Origin: Brevundimonas sp.
GTDB taxonomy: Bacteria > Pseudomonadota > Alphaproteobacteria > Caulobacterales > Caulobacteraceae
Assembly: GCF_036402095.1 (NCBI RefSeq)
Contig: NZ_DASWTO010000055.1
Coordinates: 9,045 to 73,044, forward strand
Direction of reading: 5' to 3'
DNA length: 64,000 bases
In this document: positions 10,167 to 20,084 of the stretch, piece by piece
Numbering within the stretch: position 1 is the first letter of the stretch
Layout of the letters: every line of letters starts with the position of its first letter
The notes under the pieces: model-generated
Seen by the model: only the letters and a program-made list of their open reading frames with translations
What the model was told of the DNA's origin: nothing
Databases searched by the model: none
Program-made: the position numbers and the translations under genes

Positions 10167-10628
10167 ATGCATCCGGCCGCCTTCCTCATCGCCCTGATCG
10201 GAACATCCCAGGACTGCGGCGCAACCGACCTGCCGCACATCGACCAGGCCGCCTATGCGGTGGTGAACGGCATGATCGGGAGTACGGGGGACGACGGCGA
10301 ACCGGCATCCCGCTTCTTCGCGGAGCCGCTGGCCTCCGCTCTCGCGGACGAGCAGCGGCGGCGCGAGCGGGGCGAGGTCCCGAGATTGTCCCGCGAATGG
10401 CTGAGCGGAGGCGGCCGCATGGACGCGGTGACCGACGTCAGACTCTACAGTCTGAACCGCAGCGGGGTGGACGACATCGTCATGGGTCTGGGGTTCACAA
10501 ACGCCGAGGGCGAGACCGTCTATCGCCGACTGCATCTGGGATGCCACGATGGAGCGTGGCGGATCGACAGCATCTTCCTGCACCCGGAGGAGGCGTTCCT
10601 GAACGACCTTCTGGCCCGGGAGCCTTGA
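10167..10628 (+). CDS. hypothetical protein
   Basis: In-frame ATG at 10167 within track ORF 9861..10628. The upstream part of that ORF overlaps the MBL gene out of frame. The composition downstream of 10167 is protein-like. Confidence 0.45.
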   Translation: MHPAAFLIALIGTSQDCGATDLPHIDQAAYAVVNGMIGSTGDDGEPASRFFAEPLASALADEQRRRERGEVPRLSREWLSGGGRMDAVTDVRLYSLNRSGVDDIVMGLGFTNAEGETVYRRLHLGCHDGAWRIDSIFLHPEEAFLNDLLAREP

Positions 10629-10775
10629 CCTGACCGGCTTCTGTCGTCATAAGCCCCGCCTTCACGCCACCGGCTCGCCGCGTTGCGTGATCCACTACGG
10701 ACGATGCGTGGACCGCCGTTGAGATCGTCCCTCCAGTTGGGGAGGGACCGGGCCGCATCATATAGAGAGTGACTT

Positions 10776-11393
10776 ATGTCCAAGCGCCACAGCGCCAAGT
10801 ACAAGCTCGACCGGGCCATGGGTGAAAACCTCTGGGGCCGTTCGAAATCCCCGGTCAACAAGCGTTCCTACGGCCCCGGCCAGCACGGCCAGCGCCGCAA
10901 GTCGAAAGTCTCGGACTTCGGCCTGCAGCTGAAGGCCAAGCAGAAGCTGAAGGGCTACTACGCCAACATCACCGAGAAGCAGTTCGCCGCGACCTATGCG
11001 GAAGCCGCGCGCCGCAAGGGCAACAGCTCGGAGAACCTGATCGGCCTGCTGGAATCGCGTCTGGACGCCATCGTCTACCGCGCCAAATTCGTGCCGACCC
11101 CCTGGGCCGCGCGCCAGTTCGTCAACCACGGCCACGTGACCGTCGATGGCAAGAAGGTCGACATCGCCTCGTACCGGGTCAAGCCGGGCCAGGTCATCGA
11201 GGTCAAGGAAAAGTCCCGCTCGATGGCGCTGGTGCTGGAAGCCCAGCAGTCGTCGGAGCGCGATGTGCCCGACTACCTCGAGCTGGGCGACCGCGGTTTC
11301 TCGGTCCGCTACGTCCGCGTGCCGGAACTGGCCGACGTTCCGTTCCCGGTGAAGATGGAGCCGAACCTGGTCGTGGAATACTACTCCTCGTAA
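10776..11393 (+). CDS. rpsD: 30S ribosomal protein S4
   Basis: [22 protein letters not shown]...GPGQHGQRR plus an S4 RNA-binding domain. 205 aa. Confidence 0.97.
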   Translation: MSKRHSAKYKLDRAMGENLWGRSKSPVNKRSYGPGQHGQRRKSKVSDFGLQLKAKQKLKGYYANITEKQFAATYAEAARRKGNSSENLIGLLESRLDAIVYRAKFVPTPWAARQFVNHGHVTVDGKKVDIASYRVKPGQVIEVKEKSRSMALVLEAQQSSERDVPDYLELGDRGFSVRYVRVPELADVPFPVKMEPNLVVEYYSS

Positions 11394-11420
11394 GCGCTAC
11401 GCGACCACGACGCGAAATGA

Positions 11421-11448
11421 GGGCCCCGGAGCGATCCGGGGCCCTTTT
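11421..11448 (+). terminator. intrinsic terminator after rpsD
   Basis: GGGCCCCGGA-gcga-TCCGGGGCCC forms a perfect 10-bp stem and is followed by TTTT. Confidence 0.7.
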
Positions 11449-11530
11449 CGCATCGCCTGCGACGGGTTCCCCTCGCGGGCGAACAGGCGCACACTGGACG
11501 GGTTCAGGATTTCGGCGCGGGAGGCCGGGA

Positions 11531-11917
11531 ATGAAACGGATCGTCACGCTGGCCGGGACCGCCATGCTGGCCGCCGCCCTGCCGGGGTGCGCGCTGGTGG
11601 AGCGGTTCATGCCGGACGCCCCGATCGAAACCGCGGAGGCTCCGGGGCAGATCGAGCCCGTCCACGCCGCCGCCATCGTTCAGGACCAGGCGGTGTTCTG
11701 GGTCAGCTCGAACGGCTGCACGCAGAAGTCCGATCTGACGCCGGTGATCCGCCGCACCGGCGACGCCTCGGTGATCACCCTGCGCCGGATCAAGGAAGAT
11801 CGCTGCCTGCAGCCACGCGCCGAAGGCGTGGAGATGCGCTGGACGTTCCAGGAAATGGGACTGGCGCCGGGCAGCCGCGTCTCGGTCGAGAATCCCTACC
11901 AGCTGCCGCAGGGCTGA
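11531..11917 (+). CDS. hypothetical lipoprotein
   Basis: MKRIVTLAGTAMLAAALPGC lipobox at the in-frame ATG at 11531. Confidence 0.55.
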   Translation: MKRIVTLAGTAMLAAALPGCALVERFMPDAPIETAEAPGQIEPVHAAAIVQDQAVFWVSSNGCTQKSDLTPVIRRTGDASVITLRRIKEDRCLQPRAEGVEMRWTFQEMGLAPGSRVSVENPYQLPQG

Positions 11918-11923
11918 GGCCGC

Positions 11924-12352
11924 TCAGCGGACCTCGAAGGCCGGAAGCATATCGGACGGAATGCGGTGCGGGCGCATCGTGGCGGCGTCGACCAGCACCC
12001 ATTCCGAGACGCCCTGGGCGCACAGCCGCCCTTCTGCGTCCTCGATGCGGACATAACGGTTGAAGCGCGGGCCTTGGGGATCGCCGACCCAGGTGCGGGC
12101 TTTCACGCCCGTGGCGTCGGGGAGAAGGGGGCGGAAATAATCGATCTCATGCCGCACCGCGACCCAGGACCAGCGGGCGCGGGTTTCGGCGTCGAAGCGG
12201 GCGTTCCAGTGCGCCGTGCCGGCGTCCTGCAGCCAGCCGACATAGACGACATTGTTGACGTGGCCGTTGTCGTCGATGTGCTCGGGCCTGACCTCGAGGG
12301 GGACGACGAAGATTTCGCGGTCGGCCCGGGGCTCGAGCTGGGCCTTGGCCAT
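11924..12352 (-). CDS. acyl-CoA thioesterase (4HBT/YbgC-like hotdog fold)
   Basis: VRPEHIDDNGHVNNVVYVGW motif. 142 aa. Confidence 0.8.
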   Translation of the reverse strand: MAKAQLEPRADREIFVVPLEVRPEHIDDNGHVNNVVYVGWLQDAGTAHWNARFDAETRARWSWVAVRHEIDYFRPLLPDATGVKARTWVGDPQGPRFNRYVRIEDAEGRLCAQGVSEWVLVDAATMRPHRIPSDMLPAFEVR

Positions 12353-12708
12353 CAGGCGTCGGCGTCGCCGAGGGACACACCCTTGTCGGTCAACAGGGTC
12401 TGAAGCTCGCCGGCGTTGAACATCTCGCGGACAATGTCGGAACCGCCGACGAACTCGCCCTTGACGTAGAGCTGGGGGATGGTCGGCCAGTCGCTGAAGA
12501 TCTTGATGCCGTCGCGCAGGGCCTCGTCCTGCAGCACGTCCACGCCGACGAAGGGCGCGCCGACGTGATCGAGGATCTGAACCGCCAGCGAGGAGAAGCC
12601 ACAGCGCGGCGCGTCCGGCGTGCCCTTCATGAACAGCACGACGTCATGCTGTTTCACCGTATCGGCGATGAAGGTCTGGACGGGATTGGCGACGGCTTGA
12701 TCGGTCAC
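12352..12708 (-). CDS. grxD: Grx4-family monothiol glutaredoxin
   Basis: CGFS active site (GTPDAPRCGFS) and the WPTIPQLYVKGEFVGG motif. Confidence 0.92.
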   Translation of the reverse strand: MTDQAVANPVQTFIADTVKQHDVVLFMKGTPDAPRCGFSSLAVQILDHVGAPFVGVDVLQDEALRDGIKIFSDWPTIPQLYVKGEFVGGSDIVREMFNAGELQTLLTDKGVSLGDADA

Positions 12709-12791
12709 TGGAACTGGCCTTTCGGTGAAGGCCGTCAGCTAGGCGCCCGGGAGGGCGGGGTCAAGGCGCCGAAAGGTCTCAGGGCGACCGG

Positions 12792-13712
12792 TCAGGCCGC
12801 CTTGGCGCCCGCGACCCGGGCCATCTCGATCTGGGCGGCGAGGCCTGGCGGCATGTCGCGGTCGGGCACCATGGCCAGCATGTTCAGCCGCTCGAGGTCG
12901 CTGGCGCGGATCAGGACGCTGGACACGGCGGGGTCCGTCAGGGCGTAGGCCAGACAGATCGCCTCGGCCGGCCAGTTGTTGGTCCGGTGCAGGAAGGCGA
13001 AGGTGCCGGCATGGGCCAGCGGCCCCTCCTTCGGCCTGGAGCCGCCGCCGAAGCCGAAGAAGCTCTTCTTCGGCTGGTGCACGGCCGCCGCCTTCTTCGC
13101 GGTGTCGAGGCTTTCGGGGAAGTAGTCGTAGACGAAGATGGCCATGTCCGCCTCGCGGGCGGCGCGCAGGCGTGAGCGGATCTGCCACGGCGAGTTGACG
13201 TGGAACGGCGTGGTCAGGACGTCGAAGGCGCCGGTCGAGACGTAGGTATCCATCACCTCGCCCTCGCCGGAGATGCCCAGCAGACGAACCCGTCCGGTGG
13301 CGCGCAAGGCCTTGAGGGCGCCGAGCGTCGACTGCGGCAGTTCGTGTTCGGCGGGCTCGTCGAGGACCGCCAGGTCGAACCAGCCGAGACCGGAGATGCC
13401 GAGGGCCCGGTCGATGGCCGAGGTGATGCCCTCGGCCGAGAAGTCGCGATCCGATCCGCGGCGGCCATCGCCGGCCCCGAGGGTCAGGGCGACCTGGACC
13501 AGCTTGCGGTCGACGTGCTTCAGGGCCTGACCGAGAATCTCGGCCAGCACGGGATCGGCCGTTTCGAGCCGATAGCTGTTGATGCCGGCCTCCAGCGCCG
13601 AATAGATCAGTTCGCGGCCGGCCTCGGGGCCTTGGGCGATGTCGCGGGGGCCGAGGCTCAGCGTCAGCGCCGACACCGCCTGACCCGCCTGTCCAAAGGG
13701 ACGGTAGCGCAT
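12792..13712 (-). CDS. aldo/keto reductase-like oxidoreductase
   Basis: 306 aa with general AKR-like TIM-barrel sequence patterns (GINSYRLE..., LLGISGEG). The assignment is less certain than its neighbours. Confidence 0.6.
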   Translation of the reverse strand: MRYRPFGQAGQAVSALTLSLGPRDIAQGPEAGRELIYSALEAGINSYRLETADPVLAEILGQALKHVDRKLVQVALTLGAGDGRRGSDRDFSAEGITSAIDRALGISGLGWFDLAVLDEPAEHELPQSTLGALKALRATGRVRLLGISGEGEVMDTYVSTGAFDVLTTPFHVNSPWQIRSRLRAAREADMAIFVYDYFPESLDTAKKAAAVHQPKKSFFGFGGGSRPKEGPLAHAGTFAFLHRTNNWPAEAICLAYALTDPAVSSVLIRASDLERLNMLAMVPDRDMPPGLAAQIEMARVAGAKAA

Positions 13713-13715
13713 GGT

Positions 13716-13970
13716 TCAGTCTCCTGCCGGGGAGGGATTGGCCGGGGCCGAAGTCTCGAGCGCCAGCGCGTGCAGTTCGCCGCCCATCTTGCCCTTCAAC
13801 GCCGCATAGACGAGCTGGTGCTGGCGCACGCGCGGCAGGCCGGCGAAAGCCGGAGAGACAATGCGGGCGCGATAATGGTCGCCGTCGCCAGCCAGATCGT
13901 CGATGACGATCTCGGCGTCAGGAAAGGCTTCGGTCAGGCAGCCGCGAAGCTCTTCGACGGGCATGGGCAT
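13716..13970 (-). CDS. BolA family protein
   Basis: DGDHYRARIVSPAFAGLPRVRQHQLVY...HALAL is a BolA signature. Start chosen at the ATG at 13970. The track ORF begins at a GTG at 13997. Confidence 0.85.
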   Translation of the reverse strand: MPMPVEELRGCLTEAFPDAEIVIDDLAGDGDHYRARIVSPAFAGLPRVRQHQLVYAALKGKMGGELHALALETSAPANPSPAGD

Positions 13971-14030
13971 GGGGCGGGCGGTCTCTCTCGATTTCACCGG
14001 CCAGAATGCCGCGTAAACCTTAATGGCTGG

Positions 14031-14501
14031 CTACGGGCCCGCTGGGGACTGGCCGTCGTCGCCGACGAGCCCGTGGCGGCGGTAGAGCGCCATCTCGTCG
14101 GCGCTGATGAAGGCGAAGATGGCTGGACCGCTGTCGCGCCGCTGGACCAGGTAGACGAGGTCGAACGGGATGGTGACGGCGCTTCCGTCCGGCTTGAGAA
14201 AGTCGGCCCGGTAGAAGACCTGGACCCGGTCGTGGTTCTGGTACAGCGGCGAAACGTCGACCCGGTCCACCGTCATCCGGCGCGTACCCATGGCTTTGTA
14301 GAAGCCGTACATCCCGATCAGCATGTCGCCGAACGCCTGATCGCCCGTGGCGGCCGCATTGAGCGAGCCGTCCACGCCGAGGGCCAGCACGGTTTCGGCG
14401 AAGAAGCTCCGGATGAGATCCACCTCCACGTCCCCCTTCAGCGAGCGGGTGTAGGCGTCGGCATAGGACCGGAACCAGGCGTCGTAGTCGGGTGCGGTCA
14501 T
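14031..14501 (-). CDS. hypothetical protein
   Basis: 156 aa with balanced composition. I recognised no family. Confidence 0.5.
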   Translation of the reverse strand: MTAPDYDAWFRSYADAYTRSLKGDVEVDLIRSFFAETVLALGVDGSLNAAATGDQAFGDMLIGMYGFYKAMGTRRMTVDRVDVSPLYQNHDRVQVFYRADFLKPDGSAVTIPFDLVYLVQRRDSGPAIFAFISADEMALYRRHGLVGDDGQSPAGP

Positions 14502-14529
14502 CGCTCGCCTCCTCTGGGTAACCGGCGGT

Positions 14530-15048
14530 TCAGGCGGCGGTGCGCTCGAACAGGGTCACGGCCTCGCCCTTGTAGGTCGTCTCCACGTACGGCGTGTAGC
14601 CGGCCCGACGCGCCAAGGCGATCGAGGGGCCGTTGTCGGGCGAGATCATGCAGACTGTGCGCGGCGCGTTGAGGGCATCGTCGCACCAGGCCAGGGCGGC
14701 GGACAGGGCCTCGAAGGCCAGACCCCGGCCCTGGAAGCGGGGGTGGACGCCCCAGCCGAGTTCGGGCGCGTCGAAGGCGGGCTCGAGGACGCGGTGGAAG
14801 TCCAGCACGCCGACGCTGCCCACGTGCTCGCCGGTGTCCTTGAGGCGGATGGTCCAATTGCCGTGGCCCAGCGCCTCCCAGTGACCGATGTCCCGCAGCA
14901 GGCGGAACCAGACGTCCTCGCCGGTCAGGGGTTCGGGGAAGATGTGGCGGATGAAGGCCCGGTCGGCCCACAGGGCGCGCAGGTCGTCGTAGTCGGAGAC
15001 GGCGACCGGGGTCAGGGTCAGGCGTTCGGTGATCAGGGTGCTGGTCAT
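14530..15048 (-). CDS. GNAT family N-acetyltransferase
   Basis: The RimJ/RimL-like start ERLTLTP and the RFQGRGLAFEA acetyl-CoA site. It overlaps the upstream gene by 4 nt. Confidence 0.8.
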   Translation of the reverse strand: MTSTLITERLTLTPVAVSDYDDLRALWADRAFIRHIFPEPLTGEDVWFRLLRDIGHWEALGHGNWTIRLKDTGEHVGSVGVLDFHRVLEPAFDAPELGWGVHPRFQGRGLAFEALSAALAWCDDALNAPRTVCMISPDNGPSIALARRAGYTPYVETTYKGEAVTLFERTAA

Positions 15049-16043
15049 GAGGAGGCGAACAGGGCTCCGGCGCGTTCGATACGGGTCTGGCCGTCCGCGC
15101 CGGTGACGGCGTAGGTGAAGCCGGGCTGAAGCGCGAAGCCTCCGGCGCGGCCCTGTTTGTCGAGCGCCAGCAGGGCGACCTGGGAGTTGGCGACCTTTGC
15201 CCCGCGCAGCCGGGCCAGCCGCTCGATCACCCGGCGGCAGGCGGCGGCCGGATCCAGACCGGCGCGCATGGCCTCGACCACCGCGTGCGAGCCGGCGACA
15301 CGGAGGACGTCCTCGCCCACGCCCGTGGCGGTGGCCCCGCCGACCTCGTCATCGACATAGAGGCCGGCCCCGATGATCGGGCTGTCGCCGACCCGGCCGC
15401 GCAACTTGAAAGCCATGCCCGAGGTGGTGCAGGCGCCGGCCATATGATTGGCGGCGTCGATGGCGAGCAGGCCGATGGTGTCGTGGTTGCCCGGGCCGCC
15501 GGGCGTCGAGCGCCAGTCGGCGTTCTCGCTGTTGGGACGCGGGGCGTAGTCGGCGGTCTTCAGCCACTCGCGCCACGCCGCCTCGGCCCGCGGGGTCAGC
15601 AGGTTGCGGGTGTCGAAGCCCTGGTCGACGGCGAAGCGCCGGGCGCCCTCGCCGACCAGCATGGTGTGAGGCGTCTTCTCCATCACCCGCCGGGCCACGG
15701 AGACGGCGTGGACCACGTCTTCCAGCGCACAGACGGCGCCGATGTCGCCGGCCCAGGTCATGACGCAGGCGTCGAGGGTGACCCGTCCGTCGCGGTCGGG
15801 CAGGCCGCCCAGCCCGACGGAGGAATTGCTCTCGTCCGCTTCCGCCACCCGGCCGCCGGCCTCGACCATGTCGAGAGCCGAGCCGCCCGCGGCCCGCACG
15901 GCCATCCCCGCCGCGTTGGCGGCGGCGCCGAAGTCCCAGGTCGAGACCATGACGGCCGGGACAGCGTCTTGCGCCACCGCGGCTCCGGCGAGGGCGGCGG
16001 CAGGGGCGGCGCCCAGGACGGCCCGGCGCGAAGGCCCGCTCAC
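15045..16043 (-). CDS. asparaginase-2 family Ntn hydrolase (glycosylasparaginase / isoaspartyl peptidase-like), Tat-like signal
   Basis: The HDTIG...TTSG autoprocessing and active-site region (HDTIGLLAIDAANHMAGACTTSGMAFKLRGRVGDSPIIGAG). RRAVLGAAPAAALAGAAVA at the N-terminus. Confidence 0.85.
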   Translation of the reverse strand: MSGPSRRAVLGAAPAAALAGAAVAQDAVPAVMVSTWDFGAAANAAGMAVRAAGGSALDMVEAGGRVAEADESNSSVGLGGLPDRDGRVTLDACVMTWAGDIGAVCALEDVVHAVSVARRVMEKTPHTMLVGEGARRFAVDQGFDTRNLLTPRAEAAWREWLKTADYAPRPNSENADWRSTPGGPGNHDTIGLLAIDAANHMAGACTTSGMAFKLRGRVGDSPIIGAGLYVDDEVGGATATGVGEDVLRVAGSHAVVEAMRAGLDPAAACRRVIERLARLRGAKVANSQVALLALDKQGRAGGFALQPGFTYAVTGADGQTRIERAGALFASS

Positions 16044-16822
16044 ATCAGCCCCAGTTGCTTGAAGCTGGCGACGCCGTCGCGGCCGACGATCAGGTGATCG
16101 TGCACCGAGAGATCGAGCGCCCGGGCGGCCTCGATGACCTGGCGGGTCATCTCGATGTCGGGTCGGGACGGCGTGGGATCGCCGGACGGATGGTTGTGGA
16201 CGATGATCATCGACTTCGCCGACAGCTCCAGCGCCCGGCGCACCACCTCGCGCGGATAGACCGGGGCGTGGTCCACGGTGCCGCGATTCTGGATTTCGTC
16301 GAGGATCAGCTGGTTGCGGTTGTCGAGGTAGAGGACGCGGAACTGCTCGCGCGGCTCATGCTGGAGCGAGAGGCGGACGTAGGCCAGCAGGGCAGTCCAG
16401 GAGGAGATGACGGTGCGCTTGCCGGCCTCCTCGCGGGTCACGCGGCGGGCGACCTCATGCAGGGCGGCGAGGTCGAGGGCGGTTTCGGCCCCGATACCCC
16501 TGGTCCGCCCGCGCGTGTCCGCTGTCCTGACGGTCATCAGATCCTCGACCGAAGCGGCCAGCACCGCCGCCAGCGAGCCGAAGCGGGCCAGCAGGGCCTT
16601 GGCGATCGGTTTGACGTCGCCCTGCGGCTGGCTGCGGAACAGGAAGAGTTCGAGCAGTTCGTAGTCCGGGAGGTGATGCAGGCCGGCGCCGCGGGCGCGG
16701 TTGCGGAGACGCGCCCGATGGCCGGACAGCCCCGTCTCGACCCCGGCTCCGGTGCGGGCGATCGGCTTCGGGGGCGCGACGCGCTGTGACAGGGGAACAG
16801 GAAAGGGCAGCACGGCGGACAT
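16040..16822 (-). CDS. radC: RadC-family JAB-domain protein
   Basis: LPDYELLELFL plus the C-terminal JAMM motif (IIVHNHPSGDPTPSRPD). Start chosen at the ATG at 16822 (MSAVLPF). Confidence 0.85.
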   Translation of the reverse strand: MSAVLPFPVPLSQRVAPPKPIARTGAGVETGLSGHRARLRNRARGAGLHHLPDYELLELFLFRSQPQGDVKPIAKALLARFGSLAAVLAASVEDLMTVRTADTRGRTRGIGAETALDLAALHEVARRVTREEAGKRTVISSWTALLAYVRLSLQHEPREQFRVLYLDNRNQLILDEIQNRGTVDHAPVYPREVVRRALELSAKSMIIVHNHPSGDPTPSRPDIEMTRQVIEAARALDLSVHDHLIVGRDGVASFKQLGLM

Positions 16823-16887
16823 GGCGACCTCCAGCTCAGCGCCGGACCATGTCAGAACGTAAGAGGAACGTCCAGCGGTGCGAGACG

Positions 16888-17709
16888 CTAGAGTTTGGGG
16901 CGGAACAGCCCCGCCGGACTGGCGCTGAAGATCTCGACGCCGTCCTCGGTCACGCCGATGGTGTGTTCGCACTGGGCCGACAGGGACTTGTCCCGCGTGA
17001 CGGCCGTCCAGCCGTCGGACAGCACCTTCACGTGCGGCTTGCCCAGATTCACCATCGGCTCGACGGTGAAGAACATGCCGGTGCGGAGCGTGGCGCCCTC
17101 GCCGCGGCGGCCGTAGTGCAGGACGTTCGGGCTGTCGTGGAACAGTCGGCCGATGCCGTGGCCGCAGAAGTCGCGCACGACCGACATGCGGTTCGCCTCG
17201 ACGACCTGCTGGATGGCGTAGCCGATGTCGCCGAAGGTCGCGCCGGGCTTGATGACGGCGAGGCCGGCCTCCAGCGCGTCATAGGTGACGTCGATCAGCT
17301 TTTTGGCGCGCGCGTTGATCTGGCCGACCGCAAACATGCGGCTGGAGTCGCCGTGCCAGCCATCCACGATGACGGTGTGGTCGACGTTGACGATGTCGCC
17401 ATCCTTCAAGACCTTGTCGCCGGGAATGCCATGGCAGACGACATGGTTGATCGAGGTGCAGATGGTCTTCTCATAGCCCTTGTAGCCGAGGCAGGCCGGC
17501 AGGGCGCCGTGATCGAGGGTGAATTCGCGAATGCGGTCGTCGAGTTCGCCGGTGGTCACGCCGGGAACGACAAACGGCGTGATCATGTCGAGCGCCTCTG
17601 CGACCAGGCGACCGGCCTTGCGCATTCCCTCGAAGGCTTCGGCGTCGTGGACGCGGATTTCATGGGTGCGGACGAAGGCGTCGTCGTCCAGTTCCGGGGT
17701 CTCGTACAT
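16888..17709 (-). CDS. map: type I methionine aminopeptidase
   Basis: VCHGIP, DIVNVD, HGDSSRMF and GHGIG metal-site motifs. Start at the ATG at 17709 (MYETPEL). Confidence 0.93.
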   Translation of the reverse strand: MYETPELDDDAFVRTHEIRVHDAEAFEGMRKAGRLVAEALDMITPFVVPGVTTGELDDRIREFTLDHGALPACLGYKGYEKTICTSINHVVCHGIPGDKVLKDGDIVNVDHTVIVDGWHGDSSRMFAVGQINARAKKLIDVTYDALEAGLAVIKPGATFGDIGYAIQQVVEANRMSVVRDFCGHGIGRLFHDSPNVLHYGRRGEGATLRTGMFFTVEPMVNLGKPHVKVLSDGWTAVTRDKSLSAQCEHTIGVTEDGVEIFSASPAGLFRPKL

Positions 17710-17818
17710 CAGGCGGGGCTTTCGGGGCGTCTCGGTCGGCGCGTTCAGATGGCGATCATAGCACACAAGCTCAAGGCGTTACGATGACGGAGCGTCTCAG
17801 ACAGCCTAGCGTAGACCC

Positions 17819-18580
17819 ATGACCGAATCGCCGCCGACCGCCGCCGTGCTGATCATCGGCGACGAAGTACTGTCCGGCCGGACGCAGGACACCAACCTGA
17901 ACACCATCGCCCGGTTCCTGGCGGCGCTGGGGATCGAGCTGCTTGAGGCGCGGACGATCGGCGACCGAAAGGAGCAGATCGTCGAGTCGCTGAACGCCCT
18001 GAGGGCCGGTCATGACTATGTCTTCACCACCGGGGGCATCGGGCCGACCCATGACGACATCACGGCGGACGCCGTGGCGACGGCGTTCGGGGCAGCCCTG
18101 CCGGAACATCCGGAAGCCCTGGCCATCCTTGAGCGGCGCTATGGCGCGGAGTTCAACGCCCCGCGGCGGCGGATGGCGCGAATCCCGGAGGGCGGGACGC
18201 TGATCGCCAACCCCGTCACGGACGCGCCGGGGTTCCAGATCGGCAATGTCTTCGTCATGGCAGGCGTGCCGAAGATCATGACGGCCATGCTGGAGGACGT
18301 CGCGCCGCGGTTGAGGCGGGGCGCGGTGGTGCACGCGCGCACGGTGCGGGTGTCGGGCGTCGGGGAGGGCGCGGTCGCCGATATCCTGACGGCGGCGGCG
18401 CGCGCGAACCGCGACCTCAGCTTCGGCAGCTACCCGTTCGGGGCCGGGACGGTGGGCGAGATCGGAACCAATCTGGTGGTGCGCGGGCGCGACCTAGAGG
18501 CGGTCGACGAGGCCGTGGTCGCCCTGCTGGCTGAGCTGGAGATGGCCGGGATCGAGGCGGTCACCGTCCAGGCCCCATAG
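17819..18580 (+). CDS. CinA-like / MoCF-biosynthesis (molybdopterin-binding) domain protein
   Basis: AAVLIIGDEVLSGRTQDTNLN...TTGGIGPTHDDIT motif. Confidence 0.8.
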   Translation: MTESPPTAAVLIIGDEVLSGRTQDTNLNTIARFLAALGIELLEARTIGDRKEQIVESLNALRAGHDYVFTTGGIGPTHDDITADAVATAFGAALPEHPEALAILERRYGAEFNAPRRRMARIPEGGTLIANPVTDAPGFQIGNVFVMAGVPKIMTAMLEDVAPRLRRGAVVHARTVRVSGVGEGAVADILTAAARANRDLSFGSYPFGAGTVGEIGTNLVVRGRDLEAVDEAVVALLAELEMAGIEAVTVQAP

Positions 18581-18629
18581 ACCGGAGCGCGGACCTGCGC
18601 TTGTGTGGGTGGTCGGCGAGGGGGCTTTC

Positions 18630-18974
18630 ATGGACGCGAATTTCGAGGCGATGGTACGCTACCGGCGCGGCATGGACGTGCAGGCGCTGATGGATCAGCT
18701 GATCATCGAGGGTTGCGAGCCGAAGGCCGCCGAGGACGCCGTCATGCGCGTTCACAACCGGATCCGCAGCCGGGACCGCAAGCGGGGTTTCACCAACCTG
18801 ATGTTCGGTCTGCTGATCTTCGCGATCGGGACCGCGGCGTCCCTCTGGCTGATGATCGAGGGCGGCTTTCTGGTCTACACCTACGCCGCGGCGCTCGGAG
18901 GGGCGGGGATGTTCCTGACCGGCGCCGTCCAGATCTTCAGGGCCGGCAAGGACCGGGAGTTGGCGCGGCTCTAG
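18630..18974 (+). CDS. hypothetical membrane protein
   Basis: Two predicted TM helices (LMFGLLIFAIGTAASLWLMI and VYTYAAALGGAGMFLTGAV). In-frame ATG at 18630. Confidence 0.45.
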   Translation: MDANFEAMVRYRRGMDVQALMDQLIIEGCEPKAAEDAVMRVHNRIRSRDRKRGFTNLMFGLLIFAIGTAASLWLMIEGGFLVYTYAAALGGAGMFLTGAVQIFRAGKDRELARL

Positions 18975-18980
18975 ACCCGA

Positions 18981-20084
18981 TCAGCCGCCCGCCCGGCCGG
19001 TGAAGGCGTCGGCGAGAGCGTGGAACGCCGGGTTGGGCCGTCCGGCCGCGTCGAGCAGCAGCGGGCTTTCGTCAGAGCGGTTCTTGCCTTCCTCTCGGAC
19101 CAGCCAGCTGTCCACATCGCGCAGACCCCAGGTGGTGAAGGCGTAGCGCTGGCGTTCGGGCAGGCCCATGAAGGCTTCGGCCAGTTCGCCGACGCGGGCG
19201 ACCTGCTGGGCGCGGCGCTCGGGGGTGGAACGCAGGTCCGGCCGAACGCCGCCGTCGCGCCGCAGCGGGAAATCGAGCTCGGAGACGTGGATGGGCAGGC
19301 CCAGCGAGGCGGCGTCGCGCATGAAGGCGCTGATCCGGCCGGAGGGAATCTCGATGTTCAGGTGCGACTGGGTTCCGATCCCGCCGATCGGAGCGCCCAG
19401 ATTGAGCAGGCGCTCGACGAGCCGCAGGAAGGTCGCACCTTTGGCCGGTATGTTCTCGAGATTGTATTCGTTGAGGAACAGGACCGCGTCCGGGTCGGCG
19501 GCCTTGGCCTGCTCGAACGCGCGGACCATGTAGCCCTCCGTTCCCAGGGCCCGGCTCCAGTGGCAATCGCGCAGACCGTCGCCGTCTTCGGCCACCGGCT
19601 CGTTGACCACGTCCCAGCCGGCCATCTGTCCGCGATACCGGGCGACGAAGGCGGAGATGTAGCGGTCGTACTCGGCGGCGAAGCGGTTGCGGGGGACCGT
19701 CCGGTCGTCGAAGACCTCGGCGCCCTGCGAGTACCAGATCAGGGTGTGGCCGTGGACGCGCAGGCCGTTGTCGCCGGCGAAGGCCACGACCCGGTCCGAG
19801 GCGGAGAAGTCATGGGTGAAGCCGGCGCCGAGCGTGCGCTCCATCTTCTGCTCCCACTCGGGTGTCAGCTGGGAGCAGTGGCGCAGAACCTGCGCGACCC
19901 ATCCGGGCTGTTCGAGCTGCCAGGTCATGGCGGCGGCGCCGAACGGGAAGGGCGCGAGGGCTTTCAGGGGCGGGGCTGCGGCGCCGACGGAAGGCTGGGC
20001 GGTCGCGAAGCGGTCGCAGGCGGCCAGCGCTATGGGCGCAGCGAGGAGGGCGCGGCGATTGAGGTGGGGCGGGTCAGCCCGCAC
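18981..20084 (-). CDS. GH10 family endo-1,4-beta-xylanase, Tat/lipoprotein-like signal
   Basis: GHTLIWYSQ, the acid/base motif WDVVNEP and the nucleophile motif VSELD. The N-terminus is NRRALLAAPIALAAC. The GTG start at 20084 overlaps the fliJ 3' end by 11 nt. Confidence 0.85.
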   Translation of the reverse strand: MRADPPHLNRRALLAAPIALAACDRFATAQPSVGAAAPPLKALAPFPFGAAAMTWQLEQPGWVAQVLRHCSQLTPEWEQKMERTLGAGFTHDFSASDRVVAFAGDNGLRVHGHTLIWYSQGAEVFDDRTVPRNRFAAEYDRYISAFVARYRGQMAGWDVVNEPVAEDGDGLRDCHWSRALGTEGYMVRAFEQAKAADPDAVLFLNEYNLENIPAKGATFLRLVERLLNLGAPIGGIGTQSHLNIEIPSGRISAFMRDAASLGLPIHVSELDFPLRRDGGVRPDLRSTPERRAQQVARVGELAEAFMGLPERQRYAFTTWGLRDVDSWLVREEGKNRSDESPLLLDAAGRPNPAFHALADAFTGRAGG

